From: Octopus bimaculoides
Lineage: Eukaryota
Length of the DNA: 64,000 bases
Direction: 5' to 3'
NCBI RefSeq assembly: GCF_001194135.2
Contig: NC_068986.1
Span: 110,974,135-111,038,134, forward strand
The notes under the pieces are model-generated. The model ran no database searches, was not told the DNA's origin, and was given only the letters and a program-made list of their open reading frames with translations. The position numbers and the translations under genes are program-made. Positions 62,923 through 64,000 of the stretch are shown in pieces. How positions within the stretch are numbered: the first letter of the stretch is position 1; each line of letters opens with the position of its first letter.

Positions 62923-64000
62923 AGTCATCTCATTTACATGGATGATTTAAAGCTCTTTGCAAAAAATGACCAACAACTCAAAGGCCTACTAGCGATTGTT
63001 AAACAATTCAGTGATGACATCAGGATGCAATTTGGCCTTGATAAATGTGCAAAAGCTACCTTTATCAAAGGAAAAATGACAAAAACATCTAATGTGAACC
63101 TTGACCAACAAAATGTCATAACAGTTAGAACCTGCGGAGAGCTNNNNNNNNNNNNNNNNNNNNNNNNNNNNNNNNNNNNNNNNNNNNNNNNNNNNNNNNN
63201 NNNNNNNNNNNNNNNNNNNNNNNNNNNNNNNNNNNNNNNNNNNNNNNNNNNNNNNNNNNNNNNNNNNNNNNNNNNNNNNNNNNNNNNNNNNNNNNNNNNN
63301 NNNNNNNNNNNNNNNNNNNNNNNNNNNNNNNNNNNNNNNNNNNNNNNNNNNNNNNNNNNNNNNNNNNNNNNNNNNNNNNNNNNNNNNNNNNNNNNNNNNN
63401 NNNNNNNNNNNNNNNNNNNNNNNNNNNNNNNNNNNNNNNNNNNNNNNNNNNNNNNNNNNNNNNNNNNNNNNNNNNNTGTCTCAAAACATGAAAGCAAGAA
63501 AGCATCTTACTCAGTAACAAAGCAGGCAAAGGAATATCTAAGTGAATTCCAATTGCAACAAATTCAAGAATTAGACGAACTAGAAACACCTGCAGAAAAA
63601 GCTAAGCGCTTGAAAACCCGTGCTAAAATTGCTGCCTTAGATATTATGACTGAAAAATGGCATGGAAAACCTCTGAATGGCAAATACCCAAAGAGAGCGA
63701 ATAATGCAGATATTGACAAAGCCCTTACCCATCAATGGCTAATGGCCACTGGCTTGAAATCAGAAACAGAGGGGTTTATCATAGCAGCCCAAGATGAATG
63801 CCTAACTACAAAGAACTACCAGGCCAAAATATTAAAGAACGGCAGCTCTTCATTATGTCGTATATGCCAACAACAAAATGAGACCATCGATCATGTTGTC
63901 TCCATGTGCAGTCTGCTTGCGCCTACAGAGTATCTCAACATGCATGATAGAGCTGCACAATATATTCACTGGGTAATATGCAAAAACCTGGACTTGCCCC
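62923..64000 (+). mobile_element. Young R4/Dong-like LINE, 5'-truncated at the RT active site; spans an N gap and runs off the window
   Basis: SHLIYMDDLKLFAKNDQQLKGLLAIVKQFSDDIRMQFGLDKCAK (YMDD at 62935-46). After the gap, 63478-63999 is stop-free: ..EKWHGKPLNGKYPKR..HQWL..GLKSETEGFIIAAQD..CRICQQQNETIDHVVSMCSLLAPTEYLNMHDRAAQYIHW. Confidence 0.93.

Overview
AT-rich, microsatellite-dense, repeat-dominated eukaryotic DNA with six N gaps. No host protein-coding gene, rRNA, bona fide tRNA or CRISPR array can be supported. Nearly all ORFs in the supplied track are artefacts of (TA)n/(CA)n/trinucleotide repeats or N runs. The SINE repertoire and microsatellite style suggest an Octopus/coleoid cephalopod genome (inference from recall, not a database result). 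The window contains: about ten fragments of R4/Dong-like non-LTR retrotransposons (YMDD reverse transcriptase, CCHC knuckle, restriction-like endonuclease), most sitting in (TAA)n arrays and one between (TACA)n arrays; three families of tRNA-derived SINEs; Penelope-like (GIY-YIG) remnants with hammerhead-ribozyme-like motifs; an L1/Tx1-like fragment; mariner/Tc1 and Tigger-like DNA transposon remnants; two long foldback elements; and a 17-bp minisatellite. The most interesting signals are a Penelope terminal repeat that fuses a tRNA-like Pol III head to a hammerhead, a ~122-nt 5' module shared by a Dong-like LINE and a non-coding element, and apparent microsatellite target-site diversification among Dong-like LINEs. 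Boundaries of degenerate elements were read by eye and are approximate (often +/-20-50 nt).
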